DNA of 64,000 bases from Spirochaetaceae bacterium (GTDB taxonomy: Bacteria; Spirochaetota; Spirochaetia; DSM-2461), in NCBI GenBank assembly GCA_965224705.1, contig OZ245056.1:416001-480000 (forward strand), given 5' to 3'. Positions 52,126 through 61,952 of the stretch are shown here, one piece after another (the stretch's first letter is position 1; each line of letters begins with the position of its first letter). The notes beneath the pieces were generated by a model. It ran no database searches. It worked only from the letters and a program-made list of their open reading frames with translations, and was not told where the DNA came from. The translations under genes were made by a program, and so were the position numbers.

Positions 52126-53429
52126 CGGGTAGATTCAAGTACATCCCGCCACAATGAACCTTCACTGTCCACCTTCTTGCGTTTGAAGGTTGCCATGAGA
52201 ATGGGAACATGAACCAGGGCATTATTCCACTGACCAATGATGCAGCCTGTTCGACCGCTCATGGCGGCATGCACTGCATTGGCACCCAACCGGGCACAGT
52301 AGTGGGAATCAACGGGATTAGCCGGTGTCGCACGAATGATGTAACTTGGGTCAATATATTTGATGTTGGCCTCTCCATTACGCCTGACAAGGAATCGGCT
52401 GATTTCATTCTTGAGAAGGACTCCGATGTCACCATAGGTTTTATTGCCCGATGCATCTTTTCCCGACTTCCCATCAGTCAGTAAATTCTGACCTGCACCC
52501 TCGGCAACAAGAATGACGGCATGCTGTCTCCTGTCCAGGCGGTGTCCAAGATTCTCCAACAATCCATTTTTTCCCTTAAGAGAAAAAGGAACCTCCGGTA
52601 TCAGACAGAAATTGACATCGCTGGTGGACAAAGTTGTATGAGCAGCAATGAAACCTGAATCCCTGCCCATAACCTTGACCAGTCCCACACCGGCAACAGA
52701 GCTTTTTGCCTCAACATGGGCAGCACTGACCGCCTCAACAGCCTTGGAAACCGCTGTATCAAATCCAAAGGATTTATGCACGAACATGATATCGTTATCT
52801 ATAGTTTTTGGAATTCCTATACAGGATATTTTCAATCCCCTCTTTGTGATCTCCTCTACAATTTCCAGATTCCCCCGCTGAGTTCCATCTCCGCCGATAG
52901 TGAACAGAATATTGATGTTCAATCGTTCCAGGGCATCCACGATGGGTTCTACTTCTCCATACCCACGGGAAGAACCCAATACGGATCCTCCCAGATTGTG
53001 AATATCATCAACATTGTCCTGGTTCAGCATCATGGGTTCGAAATTGAATTCAGATCGGAATCCTCTGTAGCCATATCTGATGCCATGGATCCGTTTAACA
53101 CTGTAGAAATGCCACAGAGTACGGGTTATCGCTCGAATAACATCATTCAAGCCGGGGCATAAACCGCCGCAGGTTACAATGGCTGTATTCACATGACTCG
53201 GGGTAAAATAGATCATCTCCCGGGGGCCGGCTTCTTCCAGCATCCAGGCAGGATTGTACTCAGACCCTATATTGGAAGCCTCCATTGTATTGGTACGCAT
53301 GATGTATTGATCGTCACGGGTGTAGTTGGCAATGGAATCACCCTGTGTCGTTGAGTACTGTTTGGGCGAATGAATCTTACAGGGACCGAGTTTCTGTATC
53401 CGAAAATCATAGTCCATCTTCTTCAACAT
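52098..53429 (-). CDS. pfkA: ATP-dependent 6-phosphofructokinase (group X)
   Basis: TCGGLCPGLN, GSSRG, GGDGT (Gly at the ATP-specificity site), PKTIDND, MGR. Confidence 0.9.
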   Translation of the reverse strand: MLKKMDYDFRIQKLGPCKIHSPKQYSTTQGDSIANYTRDDQYIMRTNTMEASNIGSEYNPAWMLEEAGPREMIYFTPSHVNTAIVTCGGLCPGLNDVIRAITRTLWHFYSVKRIHGIRYGYRGFRSEFNFEPMMLNQDNVDDIHNLGGSVLGSSRGYGEVEPIVDALERLNINILFTIGGDGTQRGNLEIVEEITKRGLKISCIGIPKTIDNDIMFVHKSFGFDTAVSKAVEAVSAAHVEAKSSVAGVGLVKVMGRDSGFIAAHTTLSTSDVNFCLIPEVPFSLKGKNGLLENLGHRLDRRQHAVILVAEGAGQNLLTDGKSGKDASGNKTYGDIGVLLKNEISRFLVRRNGEANIKYIDPSYIIRATPANPVDSHYCARLGANAVHAAMSGRTGCIIGQWNNALVHVPILMATFKRKKVDSEGSLWRDVLESTRQPIDMNSD

Positions 53430-53623
53430 AACCCTTGATTATACATAGTTCTGAATTTAATACAATGTAAGATGACCTCATTACCTGGATAATCGCATGG
53501 AAAAGATTGAAGATTCAGAAATACGGTCTCCTCCAGCCATATCCATTCGACAAACCGGTGCCCGCAATAAGTCCTGTTTCATTGAAATCCAGAACAATGC
53601 TTCACTGCGCACCATTATGTTGC

Positions 53624-54208
53624 TTATACAGTCTCTGCTATCTTTTGAAACTTCTCGGTAACCAGATCAAAGCCTGTTTGAAAAATCCGTTGATTAATTG
53701 GATTAAATCTCTTGTTTCTTTCTGATACAACTTCATCCAGGGCGGCAAAGAGAGCATCCCTGGTTATCAGAAGTGGTTTAAGGGCCATCAATGCTCCAAG
53801 AGCAACCATATTGGCCCCTTTTTCCGTTCCTTCCTTGAGAGAAAGATCCGTTGCCGGAATGTCTATGAGTCTCAGATCATCTCTGGTTGGTGGACTCTTC
53901 ACCAGGGAAGAATTCCATATGAGGATGCCGCCAGCTCTAATCTTTGGTTCAAATTTCACCAATGATGGCCCATTAAGGGCAATAACAACACTGGGCTGCT
54001 CCACAATCGGTGAAGCAATGCTCTCAGCACTCAATATGACAGAACAATTGGCCGTCCCTCCACGCATTTCCACGCCATATGAAGGGATGTGGGAAACCTG
54101 CCTTCCCTGACGCATGGCCGCAACACATAGAAGCTTGCCAGCCAGTATCACACCCTGACCGCCAAATCCTGCTATGATGATTTCTTCTGTTGGGTAAAGC
54201 TCACTCAT
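53624..54208 (-). CDS. 2-oxoacid:ferredoxin oxidoreductase gamma subunit
   Basis: AGFGGQG, PSYGVEMRGG, NMVALGA. Confidence 0.92.
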   Translation of the reverse strand: MSELYPTEEIIIAGFGGQGVILAGKLLCVAAMRQGRQVSHIPSYGVEMRGGTANCSVILSAESIASPIVEQPSVVIALNGPSLVKFEPKIRAGGILIWNSSLVKSPPTRDDLRLIDIPATDLSLKEGTEKGANMVALGALMALKPLLITRDALFAALDEVVSERNKRFNPINQRIFQTGFDLVTEKFQKIAETV

Positions 54209-54987
54209 GAAGCCTTTGCCTTAAGGGCGGCTGCTTCAGCGGGCCTGTCTCGGAAAACTTTGAGAGGGTAATAGGGAACCATTGCATTTTTAACCCAATC
54301 AGCTCCGTCAGAAGGTTTAACACCCCAGTTGGTAGGACACATGGATAGGATTTCAACAAATGAATAACCCTGGCCCTCTTTTTGATAGCGGAGAGCCTTG
54401 ACTATTGCCTTTGCAGCCTTCCTGACAGCGGCCGGATTATGTATGGAAACTCTTTCAATGTAATTTGGAGCTCCCAATGTATTCATGATTTCGCAGGCTC
54501 TGACAGGGAATCCCATGCTATCGGGATTTCGCCCCATTGGAGATGTCAGGGTTTTCTGACCTTCCAGTGTCGTTGGCGCCATCTGTCCGCCCGTCATTCC
54601 ATAGATGGCGTTGTTGACAAAAATAACTGTAATATTTTCTCCGCGGTTGGCTGTATGGATTGTTTCACCCGTCCCAATTGCCAGAAGATCGCCATCTCCC
54701 TGATAGGAAACAACGATTCGATCCGGCAGGGCACGCTTCACACCTGTCGCTACGGCAGGAGTCCGACCGTGGGGAGCTTCAAGCCCATCAACATCAATGT
54801 AATTGTAAAGAAGGACTGAACAGCCAACCGGGGCAATGACAATGGCCTCTTCTCTGACATTTAATTCTTCCAATGCCCCAGCCAGCAGTTTATGTATTAT
54901 TCCATGTCCGCAACCTGCGCAGTAATGCGTACGGACATCCATGAGGGCGTCAGGACGCTTGTATATGGGTAAACTTTTCCTGCTCAT
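54205..54987 (-). CDS. 2-oxoacid:ferredoxin oxidoreductase beta (TPP-binding) subunit
   Basis: YCAGCGH, GDGD...NN, YGMTGGQ, CPT. Confidence 0.93.
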   Translation of the reverse strand: MSRKSLPIYKRPDALMDVRTHYCAGCGHGIIHKLLAGALEELNVREEAIVIAPVGCSVLLYNYIDVDGLEAPHGRTPAVATGVKRALPDRIVVSYQGDGDLLAIGTGETIHTANRGENITVIFVNNAIYGMTGGQMAPTTLEGQKTLTSPMGRNPDSMGFPVRACEIMNTLGAPNYIERVSIHNPAAVRKAAKAIVKALRYQKEGQGYSFVEILSMCPTNWGVKPSDGADWVKNAMVPYYPLKVFRDRPAEAAALKAKAS

Positions 54988-56029
54988 ATTTTTCTATCCT
55001 TATCATTATATCCTGCACCGGCAGTATCACACCGCCAGCTCGTCCATAAAAATCAACTTCTACTTCACCGCTAATCGCTAACTGAACATCCTCGACCATC
55101 TGTCCATGACTCATTTCCACGGCAAGAACCCGCCTGCAATGCTGAGCAACTTCAAAAAGTTCCCTGTCGGGGAATGGCCAGAGGCTGGTTGGTCTGAACA
55201 AACCAGCTTTTATTCCTCTCTCCCGGAGTTTATCGACGGCTTTTTCAGCCACACGTGCCGCTGTTCCATAGGCAACGATAAGCCAGTCGGCATCATCGAC
55301 ATGGTGAGTGTCAAAATGACGAACATTTTCTGTGATTCGTGTGTACTTCTTCTGGAGGTTAAGATTGTGCTGTTCCAATGCGCCATCAGGCTTCAAGAGA
55401 AGAGAAGCTACAATATTCTTACGGCGTCCTTTAGCTCCATTGACTATCCACGGCTTCTCAAACTTCTTACCCGAGGGCTGCGGCAGTATCACGGGTTCGG
55501 ACATCTGCCCAAGGTAGCCATCCGCAAGAATAATAACCGGAATCCGGTACTCATCGGCCAGATCAAAGGCGTGAACAGTGAAATCCGCAAGTTCCTGGGC
55601 ATTGCCTGGTGCCAGAACAATGGTTCTATAGTCTCCATGTCCTCCTCCGCGAGTAGCCTGAAAATAATCACTCTGTGCACCGGAAATTCCCCCCAGTCCG
55701 GGTCCACCCCTCATGATGTTGGCAATAACACAGGGGATTTCCGCACCAGCCATGTAGGAAATAGCTTCCTGCTTGAGGGATATCCCCGGTGAGGATGATG
55801 AGGTCATGGAACGGCCACCGGCAGCAGCCGACCCCAGAACCATTGATGCGGCGGCCAATTCGCTTTCAGCCTGTATGAATGTGCCGTTAACTCGGGGCAT
55901 GTGTTCGGCCATGTAGGCAACAACTTCATTCTGCGGAGTTATCGGATAGGCATAATAGTGTCGGCAGCCAGCAATTATAGCCGCCTCTGCCATGGCTTCA
56001 TTACCCTTCATCAAAACATGTTCCGCCAT
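54950..56029 (-). CDS. 2-oxoacid:ferredoxin oxidoreductase alpha subunit (VorB-like)
   Basis: GNEA, YPITPQ, QAESE, SSSPGISLKQE, RGGPGLG. Confidence 0.92.
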   Translation of the reverse strand: MAEHVLMKGNEAMAEAAIIAGCRHYYAYPITPQNEVVAYMAEHMPRVNGTFIQAESELAAASMVLGSAAAGGRSMTSSSSPGISLKQEAISYMAGAEIPCVIANIMRGGPGLGGISGAQSDYFQATRGGGHGDYRTIVLAPGNAQELADFTVHAFDLADEYRIPVIILADGYLGQMSEPVILPQPSGKKFEKPWIVNGAKGRRKNIVASLLLKPDGALEQHNLNLQKKYTRITENVRHFDTHHVDDADWLIVAYGTAARVAEKAVDKLRERGIKAGLFRPTSLWPFPDRELFEVAQHCRRVLAVEMSHGQMVEDVQLAISGEVEVDFYGRAGGVILPVQDIMIRIEKYEQEKFTHIQAS

Positions 56030-56253
56030 TAAACTGCCTCCTTGATTTCAAATACATCGATAGCTGCATCCGGACACATGAGGGCACAGGCACCACAGGC
56101 AATGCATTGGGATTTATCGACACAGGTAGTATAATAGGCCCCAAAGCTATTGATATCTGTTCCCATTTCCAAAATCTTCCTGGGACAATTCTCAATACAA
56201 AGACCGCATCCCTTACATCTTTCTTTATCTATTACAGGAAAACCCTGTTTCAT
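56029..56253 (-). CDS. 2[4Fe-4S] ferredoxin (delta subunit)
   Basis: CKGCGLCIENCP and CIACGACALMCP. Confidence 0.93.
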   Translation of the reverse strand: MKQGFPVIDKERCKGCGLCIENCPRKILEMGTDINSFGAYYTTCVDKSQCIACGACALMCPDAAIDVFEIKEAV

Positions 56254-56867
56254 ATGTTCCCCCTTCATCATCAGATTGATTTAAGACTAGTCGGGCAGAA
56301 TGAACTTGGCAAGGTCGTTTTTCTATCGAAAAATGAATAAAATTTAAGTTTTCCACACTATCAGCCTGTATATTCAGCCTGGCAGATACATACTAGTGCA
56401 TGAGAACTATATACCCCTGGTCAATAATGGAGAGGGAAAACAACGGAGCAGGGGAATTTTCCTCATTCTTCGTTAATTGGTAACATTATACTGCATATAT
56501 CTCAGGGAGGTGATGAAGTAACGTTCCTGAAGTCTGTCGGATTTTGAGGTGTACTCCCCGTTGCGTCAATATAGAATTTACTCCTGGCAGAGGCCATCAT
56601 CATTGAATTCTCTGCTTCCTTTTGGGTGAGGTGCCATTGGCGAACAATGCAACCCGCTACTGACGGTGTGTGCGGTGATTGGGGATGGCCACAAGAGGGC
56701 CTGGAGTGGAACGGCAAGTTTGAAGGTGTTTCAACCGTCACATAGTGCCATGGGGTGGTTCCATAATACGAAGAGGATAACCTCTGAATGAGGACTGGCG
56801 CCGCGGCTACAGACAATGTACACGATGATGAAAACAATGGAGAATAACGAAGAATCAGGAGTTATAG

Positions 56868-58409
56868 ATGACAAGCAATCAACAACGTGAGGCACTGCAG
56901 CAGCAGATCTGGAAAATTGCCAATGATGTACGGGGTGCGGTAGATGGCTGGGATTTTAAGCAATATGTACTCGGTACCCTGTTCTATCGTTTTATCAGTG
57001 AGAATTTTTCCGGCTACTTTGAAGCCAATGATGAGAGCATTCACTATGCGGAACTGGACGATGGGGTGATCACTCCGGAAATCAAAGATGATGCCGTTAA
57101 AACCAAAGGCTACTTCATCTATCCCAGTGAACTGTTTGCTAATATTGCCAAAGGCGCGAATACCAACGACAGCCTGAATACCGACCTTGCCGCCATCTTT
57201 ACCGCCATCGAAAGCTCTGCCAGCGGTTACCCGTCGGAAGCGGATATAAAGGGACTGTTTGCCGATTTTGATACCACCAGCAACCGCCTCGGCAATACCG
57301 TTATCGACAAGAACATCCGTCTGGCCGCCGTGCTCAAAGGGGTGGCCGGGCTTGATTTCGGTGATTTTCACGGCAGCCAGATCGACCTCTTCGGTGATGC
57401 CTACGAGTTCCTCATTTCAAACTACGCCGCCAATGCCGGTAAATCCGGCGGTGAATTCTTCACTCCCCAGCATGTTTCCAAACTGATCGCCCAACTGGCG
57501 ATGCACAAGCAAACCAGCGTCAACAAAATATACGACCCCGCATGCGGCTCTGGCTCCCTGCTGCTGCAATCCAAGAAACACTTCGACGCCCATGTAATAG
57601 AAGACGGCTTCTTTGGTCAGGAGATCAACCACACAACTTACAACCTGGCGCGGATGAACATGTTTTTACACAACATCAACTACGACAAGTTCAATATCCA
57701 ACTGGGCGACACTCTGATCAAACCCCATTTCGGAAACGATAAACCTTTTGATGCCATCGTTTCCAATCCGCCTTACTCGGTAAAGTGGATCGGCAGCGAC
57801 GATCCAACCCTGATTAACGATGAACGCTTTGCCCCGGCCTCTGTGCTTGCTCCCAAATCCAAGGCCGACTTTGCCTTTGTACTGCATGCGCTGAACTACC
57901 TTTCCAGCAAAGGCCGCGCGGCGATTGTTTGCTTCCCCGGTATCTTTTACCGCGGCGGTGCCGAAAAAAGAATCCGCCAGTATCTGGTGGATAAAAACTA
58001 TGTGGAGACCGTGATCTCTCTGGCACCCAATCTGTTTTACGGAACCAGCATCGCCGTCAACATTCTGGTGCTTTCCAGGCATAAATCCGACACCACAACC
58101 CAGTTTATCGATGCCAGCGAGCTGTTCAGGAAAGAAACCAATAACAATGTGCTGACTATTGAGCATATTGAGCAGATCATGAAGGCGTTTGATAGCAAAG
58201 AGAAGGTGGATCACTTTGCTGAATCCGTAGACAACGAGAAGATCGCTGCCAACGACTATAACCTCTCCGTCTCCAGTTATGTGGAAGCTAAAGACACTCG
58301 GGAAGTGATTGATATTGCCCAGCTCAATGCCGAGCTGAAAACCACCGTGGAAAAGATTGACCGGTTGCGCAGTGATATTGATGCCATTGTTGCGGAGATT
58401 GAAGCATGA
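56868..58409 (+). CDS. hsdM: Type I restriction-modification methyltransferase subunit M (type IC-like, m6A)
   Basis: [38 protein letters not shown]. Confidence 0.96.
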   Translation: MTSNQQREALQQQIWKIANDVRGAVDGWDFKQYVLGTLFYRFISENFSGYFEANDESIHYAELDDGVITPEIKDDAVKTKGYFIYPSELFANIAKGANTNDSLNTDLAAIFTAIESSASGYPSEADIKGLFADFDTTSNRLGNTVIDKNIRLAAVLKGVAGLDFGDFHGSQIDLFGDAYEFLISNYAANAGKSGGEFFTPQHVSKLIAQLAMHKQTSVNKIYDPACGSGSLLLQSKKHFDAHVIEDGFFGQEINHTTYNLARMNMFLHNINYDKFNIQLGDTLIKPHFGNDKPFDAIVSNPPYSVKWIGSDDPTLINDERFAPASVLAPKSKADFAFVLHALNYLSSKGRAAIVCFPGIFYRGGAEKRIRQYLVDKNYVETVISLAPNLFYGTSIAVNILVLSRHKSDTTTQFIDASELFRKETNNNVLTIEHIEQIMKAFDSKEKVDHFAESVDNEKIAANDYNLSVSSYVEAKDTREVIDIAQLNAELKTTVEKIDRLRSDIDAIVAEIEA

Positions 58410-59077
58410 GTGATATGATTATTTACACGACCGATGATGGTGCGACCAAGATTGATCTGCGTCTGGAGGGTGGCACGGTCTGGTTGTCGCAGCTGCAAAT
58501 TGCCGAACTGTTTCAAACCACCAAGCAAAACATCAGCAAGCATATTCAGGCTATTTATGATGACCATGAACTCGACGAGCAGACAACTGTCAACCAACAG
58601 TTGACAGTTCAAAAAGAAGGCAATCGCGAAGTTTCCCGTACCATCAGCGAAGTGATTTATTTGCGAGTGGACAGCGACAAACCCTTTGCCGGACTCAGCA
58701 ACTTTGAAGGCAGCCAGCCCACTCAGGCCGAAGCCATGATTGCCAAAAACTACCTCAGCGAACAGGAGCTGCGGGTGCTCAATAATCTCGTGTCGGCCTA
58801 TTTTGATCTCGCCGAACTCAACGCCATTGAACAGCGCGGGATGTGTATGGCCGATTATGTACGGGAACTGGACACCATTCTTAGCTCAACTAATAGAAAT
58901 CTGCTGGATAACGCAGGCTCCATCTCAAGCAATAAGGCCAAAGAAAAGGCCAAGCTCGAATATAGAAAATACAAAGCTAAAACACTTGATAAAGTTGAAA
59001 AAGACTACCTGAAAACCATTACAGCATTAGAGAAACAGGCCAGGAAAAAGATCCGCAAAAAAGGCGGTGAGGTGTGA
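58406..59077 (+). pseudogene. RhuM-family protein with in-frame internal deletion
   Basis: RhuM N-terminus (TVWLSQLQIAELF...EGNREVSRTI) joined near 58645 to C-terminus (SEVIY...AKNYLSEQEL); core YNLD/GYRV segment absent. Confidence 0.75.
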
Positions 59078-59748
59078 GTAAGGAACCACAGATGGACACG
59101 GATACACACAGATTGCATCCTTTTATGGAAAAGCTGCTGGATGGGGCTGGGGTGGAGTGGAAGGCGTTAAGAGATGTCTTGCTGAAAGTGGAGAATGTAA
59201 ACTGGTTAAAGGCCAACAGGACATTTAAGTATATTGATTTGTCATCGGTTGACAGAGCATTACATATAGTTACTGAAACAATAGATGTTGATTCAGCTAA
59301 CCATCCTAGCCGAGCTCAACAAATTGTGAAAAAGCGAGATGTTATTTTTGGAACGACGAGGCCGATGTTAAATCGTTTCGCCGTGATTAATGACGAATTA
59401 GATGGCGAAATCGCAAGCACAGGGTTTGCAGTTCTGAGACCAAATAAAAGCATAATCCTCTCCAAGTTTTTATATTTCTCTCTTACTGCTCGCGATTTCA
59501 TGAACTATGTTGATCAAAATCAGAAAGGTGCTGGATATCCGGCTATTTCAGATTCAGTAGTCAAAAAGTATCTAATTCCCATCCCCTGCCCGGAGAACCC
59601 GGAAAAATCGCTGAAAATTCAGGCGGAAATCGTCCGTATTCTGGACGCGTTCACCGAGCTTAACACCGAGCTTACCACCCGCAGAAAGCAGTATGAGTAC
59701 TATCGTGATCTGTTGTTGAGTTTCCCCAAGCCGGAGGAAGCATCATGA
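59074..59748 (+). CDS. hsdS: Half-size type I specificity subunit (single TRD)
   Basis: FMEKLLDGAGVEWK, one TRD, IPIPCPENPEKSL..QAEIVRILD, QYEYYRDLLLSF. Confidence 0.88.
   Translation: MSKEPQMDTDTHRLHPFMEKLLDGAGVEWKALRDVLLKVENVNWLKANRTFKYIDLSSVDRALHIVTETIDVDSANHPSRAQQIVKKRDVIFGTTRPMLNRFAVINDELDGEIASTGFAVLRPNKSIILSKFLYFSLTARDFMNYVDQNQKGAGYPAISDSVVKKYLIPIPCPENPEKSLKIQAEIVRILDAFTELNTELTTRRKQYEYYRDLLLSFPKPEEAS
59084..59113 (+). repeat. Triple 10-bp repeat arm (AACCACAGAT GGACACGGAT ACACACAGAT)
   Basis: Same pattern as 63671-63700. Confidence 0.8.
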
Positions 59749-59972
59749 GTTTCTCACGCGAAGGCGCGAAGCCGCGAAGAGATATCAAGGAAATTGCCTG
59801 CATCGTGGTGGATACCGCCTTCCAGCTGCACAAGGATTTAGGTACTGGACTGCTGGAATCTGTATATGAGGGTGCCTCGCTGATCAAAGACGGGCTGAAG
59901 CGCGTGGTCAACCATCACACCAACTTCGCGTCTTCGCGCCTTCGCGTGCACCAAAAAGGCGGGGCACAATGA
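59745..59972 (+). pseudogene. GxxExxY protein gene, internally deleted
   Basis: LHKDLGTGLLESVYE joined directly to C-terminal GASLIKDGLKRVVN; nuclease core missing compared with 63279-63581. Confidence 0.85.
59755..59948. repeat. Inverted 25-bp triple-repeat arms around the GxxExxY remnant
   Basis: 59755-59779 CACGCGAAG GCGCGAAG CCGCGAAG; 59924-59948 is its reverse complement with one mismatch. Confidence 0.92.
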
Positions 59973-60019
59973 ATCAGACGCTAACAGACATCGGCTATTG
60001 GCAGGAGGAAGCATCATGA
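59969..60019 (+). pseudogene. 16-codon scar resembling both termini of a PrrC-like anticodon nuclease
   Basis: MNQTLTDI+GYWQEEAS; ATGA overlaps at both ends; position after hsdS. Confidence 0.45.
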
Positions 60020-60087
60020 GTTTCTCACGTGAAGGCGCGAAGCCGCAAAGAAATATTGAGGAAATTGTCCGTATTGTGGTGGATACG
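60016..60087 (+). pseudogene. 5' part of a second GxxExxY gene (interrupted)
   Basis: Near copy of 59745-59815 including left arm 60026-60050; MSFSREGAKPQRNIEEIVRIVVDT. Confidence 0.85.
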
Positions 60088-60125
60088 TTGACTTAACTTG
60101 TGTGACAACTACTTTGGCACAGCGC

Positions 60126-60484
60126 GAGATATTCATAACCCTGACAGATTCCGAAGATTCTCTGTTTCAGAAGAGCACCCAGGTTATGTGTATTTTTTTC
60201 CTGATTTTTTTATCAGTGAAGAAATCTGACCGCTTTTCGATAATCCTGTACTTCTGCTCAACCTGCTGGAACAGAAGAAATCCGGCATCGGAGCTGTTGC
60301 CCTTGCCGTCATTCTTTGCAATGGTTTTGCGGGATTTTCCGATTTTCAGCCCTTGCAATTCGAACTGATAGGCTTTACACTCTGTAGTAGCAAAGCGGGC
60401 TTCTTTCTGTTTGGTATTTCTTTTCATGTAAATATTTTGACAGGGAAGCCTGCTTTGCATCAGGGTATTGATGAGAAATAGGGG
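60126..60484 (-). mobile_element. IS1380-family transposase remnant with left end
   Basis: TECK..FELQG..NDG..SSDAGFLL..VEQK..FTD, frameshift, then LLKQRIFGICQGYE; homologous to 63104-63270. Confidence 0.8.
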
Positions 60485-60490
60485 TTAAGG

Positions 60491-60738
60491 GGTGATGATA
60501 AGAAGATGGTTCAGGCGTTTATTGACTCCAAAGAACTGCCGGATCTGGTGGATAACAGTTTTACTCAGACACTGAAAACGATTCTCGCAGGGTTATAAAA
60601 AAGGCTGATCTGTTGACAAAGCTTTCCGCTCTAGGACCAGCAGCACCGGATGACTTTAAGAGAGTTCTTGGTGCCTATGTTGATGAACTGGCAAAGGGGA
60701 AAGACCCAGCCAAAGTCAGACTGGTAATGGAAGGATAG
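60491..60738 (+). pseudogene. C-terminal fragment of a DUF6079-like (BREX-associated) ATPase
   Basis: [27 protein letters not shown], stop/frameshift, then YVDELAKGKDPAKVRLVME; recognised from memory of the family C-terminus. Confidence 0.55.
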
Positions 60739-60743
60739 CAGAC

Positions 60744-61952
60744 ATGAAAAGATATACAGATGAAGAACTGTTACTTTTGCTCAATGACACTGAGTCAGAT
60801 CGTGTTGAACGTAAACAGTCGTTCAAGGGCGACACGCCTAAAAAGGCCAGACAAGCTGTTTGCGCATTTGCCAATGATCTTCCCAACCATAATGAACCAG
60901 GCATTTTATTTATTGGAGCAGTCGATGACGGGACTCCATCGCAGGAACAGATTACAGACCAAATGCTGCTATCTCTGTCAGATATTAAAACAGACGGGAA
61001 TATTTTACCGTTACCTGCAATGTCAGTAGAAAAACGAAATCTGAAAGGGGCAGAGATGGCTGTTGTGACCGTCATGCCGTCTGACATGCCTCCAGTAAAA
61101 TATGGTGGTCGAATATGGATTCGGACTGGCCCTCGCCGGGCAGTCGCAAATGAGCAGGAAGAACGAATTCTTAACGAAAAACGCAGGCACAAAAATCTGC
61201 CATTTGATATCTATCCATTCCCTTCAGCCAAACTCAGGGATCTATCTCAAACGATCTTCGAAAATGAATATTTGCCTACGGCTTTTGCGAGCGATGTGTT
61301 GGAAGCCAATGAACGCTCCTATGAGGAACGTTTAGCATCCTGCAAAATGATTACGCCTCCGGAAGATACTACACCTACGGTATTGGGTTTACTTGCCATA
61401 GGCAAAAGTCCTCAGGACTTTCTACCCGGCGCTTTTAGTCAGTTTTTACGCATTGACGGAACTGAACTCGCCGACCCGGTGATTGATGAAGAAGAGATCC
61501 GAGGTACTGTAGTCGACATCCTTCGGCGCACAGAAGAGAAATTAAAAGCACATAACCGAACCGGTGTGGATATCACATCGGCCGCAACGCATCAGAAAGT
61601 TCAGCCCTATCCTATAGCCGCCATACGACAGATTCTATACAATGCCGTACTGCATCGCTGTTATGAAGGCACCAATGCGCCCATTCGAGTCTATTGGTTT
61701 AACGACCGGATAGAGATTAGCAGCCCGGGTGGTCCTTATGGCAATGTTACCCCAGAAAACTTTGGCGAACCTGGTATTACAGATTATCGAAACCCGAATA
61801 TAGCCGATGTTCTCAAAACGTTTGGTTACATTCAGGCCTTTGGACGGGGTATTGCAACTGCACGCCGTGAAATGAATAAGAATGGAAATCCGAAGCTGGA
61901 GTTTACCGTCAATTCAAGCACTGTTCTTTGCACCCTTAGGGGGAAACAATGA
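60744..61952 (+). CDS. AlbA_2 (Schlafen) + HATPase_c_4 domain protein
   Basis: ESDRVERK, CAFAN, FIGAVDDG; YP..AIRQILYNAVLHRCY, DRIEISSPGG, RNPNIA, FGRGI. Confidence 0.88.
   Translation: MKRYTDEELLLLLNDTESDRVERKQSFKGDTPKKARQAVCAFANDLPNHNEPGILFIGAVDDGTPSQEQITDQMLLSLSDIKTDGNILPLPAMSVEKRNLKGAEMAVVTVMPSDMPPVKYGGRIWIRTGPRRAVANEQEERILNEKRRHKNLPFDIYPFPSAKLRDLSQTIFENEYLPTAFASDVLEANERSYEERLASCKMITPPEDTTPTVLGLLAIGKSPQDFLPGAFSQFLRIDGTELADPVIDEEEIRGTVVDILRRTEEKLKAHNRTGVDITSAATHQKVQPYPIAAIRQILYNAVLHRCYEGTNAPIRVYWFNDRIEISSPGGPYGNVTPENFGEPGITDYRNPNIADVLKTFGYIQAFGRGIATARREMNKNGNPKLEFTVNSSTVLCTLRGKQ

Noticed and set aside
55106..55792. Long antisense or overlapping ORFs (also 7172-7789, 14803-15381, 39892-40449, 56862-57371, 57666-58214)
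   Set aside because: Shadows of well-supported genes, with no motifs of their own.
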